From Acidobacteriota bacterium (GTDB lineage: Bacteria; Acidobacteriota; Vicinamibacteria; Vicinamibacterales; SCN-69-37), in the NCBI GenBank assembly GCA_044507065.1, contig JBIQJY010000015.1, forward strand, positions 14,727 through 62,391: 47,665 nt of DNA. Reading direction: 5' to 3'. Positions 44,079 to 47,665 of the stretch are shown piece after piece. Below the pieces are notes generated by a model. The model worked only from the letters and a program-made list of their open reading frames with translations, searched no databases and was not told where the DNA came from. Position 1 is the first letter of the stretch; every line of letters starts with the position of its first letter. The translations under genes were made by a program, and so were the position numbers.

Positions 44079-46868
44079 TCAGCGGTGGTCGTCGCGCGAG
44101 GCCAGTTCCTCGGCCAGCGCGCGCAGGCGATCGAAGTCGAAATCGGCGGCCATGTCGGTGATGCGGCTGGCCAGGGCGGCCTCGGCATCGCCGGCGGTCG
44201 CCAGTTCGCGCGCGAGTGCATCGAGTTCGGTCACGTTGCCGATCTCCAGTGCGCCGAGCAGGCGGCTGGCGACCTGCGCGCGCCGCTCGCCATCGTCGAT
44301 GCGGGCGTCGGGTGCGGCGTCGGCTTGATCGCCCTCTGTCACGAAGGCGGCGCCCAGGTGCGTCTGCAGGGCAGCGAACAGCGCCTCGGCGCGCACCGGC
44401 TTGGGCAGGTAGTCCACGCAGCCGGCCTCACGCGCGGCCTCGCGCGCATCGCCGAAGGCGCTGGCCGTGACGGCAATGACCGGAATGGCCGCGGTGGCCG
44501 GGTCCTGCTTCAGGCGGCGCGTCGCCGTCAGCCCGTCCACATCGGCCATGCGAAGGTCCATGAAGATGATGTCCGGGCGGTGCCGTGGCGCCAGTTCCAG
44601 GGCTTCGCCGCCGCCGGCCGCCGTGATGACCCGGACCCCCGCGCTCTCGAGCAGGCTCGCCAGGATGCGGCGGCTGACCGTGCTGTCGTCGACGACGAGC
44701 GCGGTGACGCACTCGCCCGGCGCGAGGCGGGCATCGATCGGCAGCGACGACATCGTCGCCTCTGACGAGGAGCTGGACCCCAGCACCAGCGGCAGGGCGA
44801 AGTAGAACCGGCTCCCCACGCCCGGCGTGCTCTCGACGTGCAGCCGATCGCCCATGCGCCTGATCAGGTGCTGGCTGATGGTCAGCCCGAGCCCCGAACC
44901 ACCGGCCAGTGCGCCGGCCCGCGTCTGCGTGAAGGCCTTGAAGATGACCTCGAGGGCGTCCGGCTCGATCCCGATGCCCGTGTCGCGCACCTCGAAGAGC
45001 AGGCGGTCGTACGCGTCGCGTGAGATCGCCAGGGCGACTTCGCCTTCGAGCGTGAACTTGACGGCGTTTCCCAGCAGGTTGAGCAGCACCTGGCGCAGGT
45101 GTCGACCATCGACGATCACGTGGTGCGGCACCTCGGGCGCAATCGTCATGGTGAGCCGCAGGCCCTTGCGCCGTGCCGTGTCGGCCAGCACGTAGTGCAG
45201 GTCGACGGTGAGCTGGCCGAGGTCGGTTGGCGTCGGCTCGATGTCGAGGCGTCCCGCCTCGATCTTGGACAGGTCGAGGACGTCGTTGATCAGATCGAGC
45301 AGATGGGACCCGCACTTGGCAATCGCGTCGAGCGACTCGCGCTGGGTGGACGTGAGTCCCGGGTCGCGCTGGAGCAGCTGGGCGTAGCCGAGCACGCCGT
45401 TGAGCGGGGTGCGCAGCTCGTGGCTCATGTTGGCGAGGAACTCGCTCTTGGCGCGTGTGGCCGCCTCGGCCGACTCCTTGGCGACGCGCAGCTGGTCGTC
45501 GCGTTCGCGGCGGTCGGAAATGTCGCGCAGGAACGCGCCGAAGAACACGCCCCCCGCCAGGCGCAGCGGCGCCGTGATCGTGATCTCGATGGGGAACTCG
45601 CGGCCGCTGCGGTGCAGTGCCGCCAGTTCGAGCAGCTGGTTGAGGACGGGCGCCTCGCCGGTGTCGAGAAAGCGCTTGATGCCGCGGCGATGGGCCTCCC
45701 GGAACCGTTCCGGGATGATGGTTTCATCCATGCTGCGGCCGATGGCCTCGGCGCGCGTCCAGCCGAAAATGTGCTCGGCCCGCGCGTTCCACGTGACGAT
45801 CGTCCCGCGCGCGTCGATGCTGATGAACGCATCGTGCGCCGTGTCGATCACGAGGTTGGCGCGCAGGTCGCTTTCGGCCAGCCGCGCGAGCGCCATGCGG
45901 CGCTCTTCGTCGGCGACGGCCACCGAGACGAGGTTGCCGGCCGAGATGACGAAGTTCTGCTCGTCGAGCGTCCAGGCCCGCGCGCCGCCTACGTGCTCGG
46001 CGCAGAGGACGCCAATCGTGACGTTGTCCTTGCGGAGCGGCACGTCGAGCATGGCACCGATGCCGAAGCGCGCGAGATAGCCGTCGCGAAAGTCGAGCGT
46101 CCGGGCATCGGACCTCGCGTCGACGGCCGCCACCACACGTTCCGTTTCGATCGCGTCGAAGTATGCGGGGCACTCGTAGCGATAGATGAGTGCACCACAA
46201 TCGTAGCGGTGGTCCCCGCGCAGGTACATGCCGATGCAGCGCAGCGTGCGACGCGCGTCGCCGAATCGCCACATGCTCAGGCGTTCGACCTGCAGCGTTT
46301 CGGCGCACGTCTCGAGGATGCCGCGGAGGCGCTGGTCGAAGGCCTCGTCGGGATGGGCGTACCGGGCCGTCAGGTCGGTCAGCGCCTTGCTCTGCGCCGC
46401 CAGCCGCTGTTCGCTCGTGCGAAGGGCCGTTTCGGCCGCCACCTGATCGCTGATGTCGGTGAAGACGGTGAGGATGGCGTGCTCGCCGCCATAGGTCACC
46501 AGTCGCGACGACAGCAGCGCCCAGAACGGCGTGCCATCCGGTCGTCGGATGCGCAGCCGCAGGTTGTCGGCCCGGCCCTCGCGCGTGATGAGGTCGGCCA
46601 GCGCCTGTCGCTCCGACGGGTCGACGTAGTAGTCGACGATACGGATGCCGACCGCCTCACGCTGGGCCAGCCCGAAGATTTCCGACGTGCGCCGGTTGAT
46701 GGCGATGACGGTGTGATCGGAGATACGGCTGACGACCGCGGGGAACGGGCTGATGTCGAACAGTTCGGCGAAGAGCTTCTCGTCGGCTGCCGCGACGCGC
46801 ATGCCGCTGTCAGCCGGCCGTTCGGCCGGCGCATGGCCCGAAGTGTCCGGAGCAGGCGGGTTTGCCAT
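44079..46868 (-). CDS. Cytoplasmic hybrid histidine kinase (PAS-GAF-PAS-HisKA-HATPase-REC)
   Basis: FLANMSHELRTPLN, NLLGNAVKFT, DTGIGI, GSGLGL and REC VVDD..FMDLRM..KP; no TM segments. Start is ATG 46868, downstream of the promoter. Confidence 0.93.
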   Translation of the reverse strand: MANPPAPDTSGHAPAERPADSGMRVAAADEKLFAELFDISPFPAVVSRISDHTVIAINRRTSEIFGLAQREAVGIRIVDYYVDPSERQALADLITREGRADNLRLRIRRPDGTPFWALLSSRLVTYGGEHAILTVFTDISDQVAAETALRTSEQRLAAQSKALTDLTARYAHPDEAFDQRLRGILETCAETLQVERLSMWRFGDARRTLRCIGMYLRGDHRYDCGALIYRYECPAYFDAIETERVVAAVDARSDARTLDFRDGYLARFGIGAMLDVPLRKDNVTIGVLCAEHVGGARAWTLDEQNFVISAGNLVSVAVADEERRMALARLAESDLRANLVIDTAHDAFISIDARGTIVTWNARAEHIFGWTRAEAIGRSMDETIIPERFREAHRRGIKRFLDTGEAPVLNQLLELAALHRSGREFPIEITITAPLRLAGGVFFGAFLRDISDRRERDDQLRVAKESAEAATRAKSEFLANMSHELRTPLNGVLGYAQLLQRDPGLTSTQRESLDAIAKCGSHLLDLINDVLDLSKIEAGRLDIEPTPTDLGQLTVDLHYVLADTARRKGLRLTMTIAPEVPHHVIVDGRHLRQVLLNLLGNAVKFTLEGEVALAISRDAYDRLLFEVRDTGIGIEPDALEVIFKAFTQTRAGALAGGSGLGLTISQHLIRRMGDRLHVESTPGVGSRFYFALPLVLGSSSSSEATMSSLPIDARLAPGECVTALVVDDSTVSRRILASLLESAGVRVITAAGGGEALELAPRHRPDIIFMDLRMADVDGLTATRRLKQDPATAAIPVIAVTASAFGDAREAAREAGCVDYLPKPVRAEALFAALQTHLGAAFVTEGDQADAAPDARIDDGERRAQVASRLLGALEIGNVTELDALARELATAGDAEAALASRITDMAADFDFDRLRALAEELASRDDHR

Positions 46869-46884
46869 GGAGCGCGCGCAGCAC

Positions 46885-46914
46885 AACCTACTGCCGCGGC
46901 ATTGCGGGCGTCAA
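46885..46914 (-). promoter_or_regulatory. sigma70-type promoter of the hybrid kinase
   Basis: TTGACG-N18-TAGGTT. Confidence 0.5.
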
Positions 46915-46966
46915 GCGTTCGGCGCGCCGTCCCGAGTCGGTAAGATGGGGGCGGAAGCGAGGCCCC

Positions 46967-47665
46967 GTGTTCCCCTACCACGACGAGAACGTCACGCAGC
47001 GCACGCCGGTCGTCACCATTGCCGTGATTGCCGCCTGCGTGCTGGCATGGCTGCTGGTGCAGGGCGGCGGCGCGATGCTGCCGCTGGCCGCCTCGGTCTG
47101 CAACTACGGCCTGATCCCCGGGGAACTGCTGGGCACGGTGCCGCCCGGCACGAGCTGGGCCATGGGCGCCGACCTCGTCTGCGTCGTCGATCCGGGGCCG
47201 GAGACGCGCAACGTGTTCACGCACATGTTCCTGCACGGGTCGTGGATGCACCTGCTGGGTAACATGTGGTTCCTGTGGTTGTTCGGCAACAACATCGAGG
47301 ATTCGATGTCGCGGCCGCGCTTCATTGCCTTCTACCTGTTGTGCGGGATGGGCGCGGCGGCGCTGCAGGTCTTCGCCAATCCGGACTCGGCCATCCCGAT
47401 GGTGGGCGCCTCCGGCGCGATCAGCGGCGTGATGGGCGCCTACCTGGTGCTGTTTCCCCGCGTGCGGGTCTTCACGCTGGTGCCGCTCGGGTTCTTCATC
47501 ACGAGCATCGCGCTGCCCGCGTGGGTGATGCTCATCTACTGGATGGTGCTGCAGTTCATCGGCGGCCTGTCAGCGGTGGGGGCCGAAGGCGGCGGCGTGG
47601 CGTTCTGGGCGCACGTCGGCGGCTTCGTGGCCGGCGTCGTGCTCGTGAAGCTCTTCACGAACCGC
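46967..47665 (+). CDS. Rhomboid family intramembrane serine protease (3'-truncated; absent from the ORF track)
   Basis: Translated by hand from GTG 46967: MFPYHDEN...HMFLHGSWMHLLGNMWFLWLFGNNIED...VGASGAISG...VAFWAHVGGF. Catalytic Ser and His are present and there is no stop before the window end. Confidence 0.93.
   Translation, partial: MFPYHDENVTQRTPVVTIAVIAACVLAWLLVQGGGAMLPLAASVCNYGLIPGELLGTVPPGTSWAMGADLVCVVDPGPETRNVFTHMFLHGSWMHLLGNMWFLWLFGNNIEDSMSRPRFIAFYLLCGMGAAALQVFANPDSAIPMVGASGAISGVMGAYLVLFPRVRVFTLVPLGFFITSIALPAWVMLIYWMVLQFIGGLSAVGAEGGGVAFWAHVGGFVAGVVLVKLFTNR

Overview
GC-rich bacterial genomic segment with about 45 densely packed protein-coding genes, truncated at both ends. It most likely comes from Acidobacteriota (Vicinamibacterales-like), inferred from the acidobacterial VWA protein, DUF6152/DUF6644, carboxypeptidase-regulatory-domain TonB-dependent receptors and PEGA/TonB proteins. 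I found no rRNA, tRNA, CRISPR array, integrase or transposase. The content is envelope, redox, metal and stress biology. It includes a BdbC/BdbD-like disulfide pair, MscS, a TerB-like protein, a DASS permease, a YfbK-like VWA protein, a DHH phosphoesterase, a DUF6152-DUF6644-YpdA operon and two TonB-dependent receptors. It also has a DUF5946-Gfo/Idh/MocA-GMC-VOC-AlkZ-like run, an EfpL(YeiP)-type elongation factor, a PilZ-PEGA-TPR/TonB module with sigma54-like promoters, SUI1, a siderophore-interacting protein and a DHDPS-like/OYE/ThuA operon. The right end holds an exported His-rich CbiX-like protein beside a RegB/RegA pair and a GlcG/HbpS heme-binding protein, adk, an MhqO/MhqD-like pair, a PAS-GAF-PAS hybrid kinase with a REC-PP2C partner, and a rhomboid protease. 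The best candidates for undescribed systems are the CbiX-like/RegBA/HbpS-like redox-tetrapyrrole locus, the DUF6152/DUF6644 putative His-brace (CopC/CopD-like) pair, the anchor-less TPR-TonB/PEGA/PilZ module, the atypical aldolase/OYE operon and an inverted octamer tandem-repeat element. All family calls come from motif recognition by eye, not database searches.
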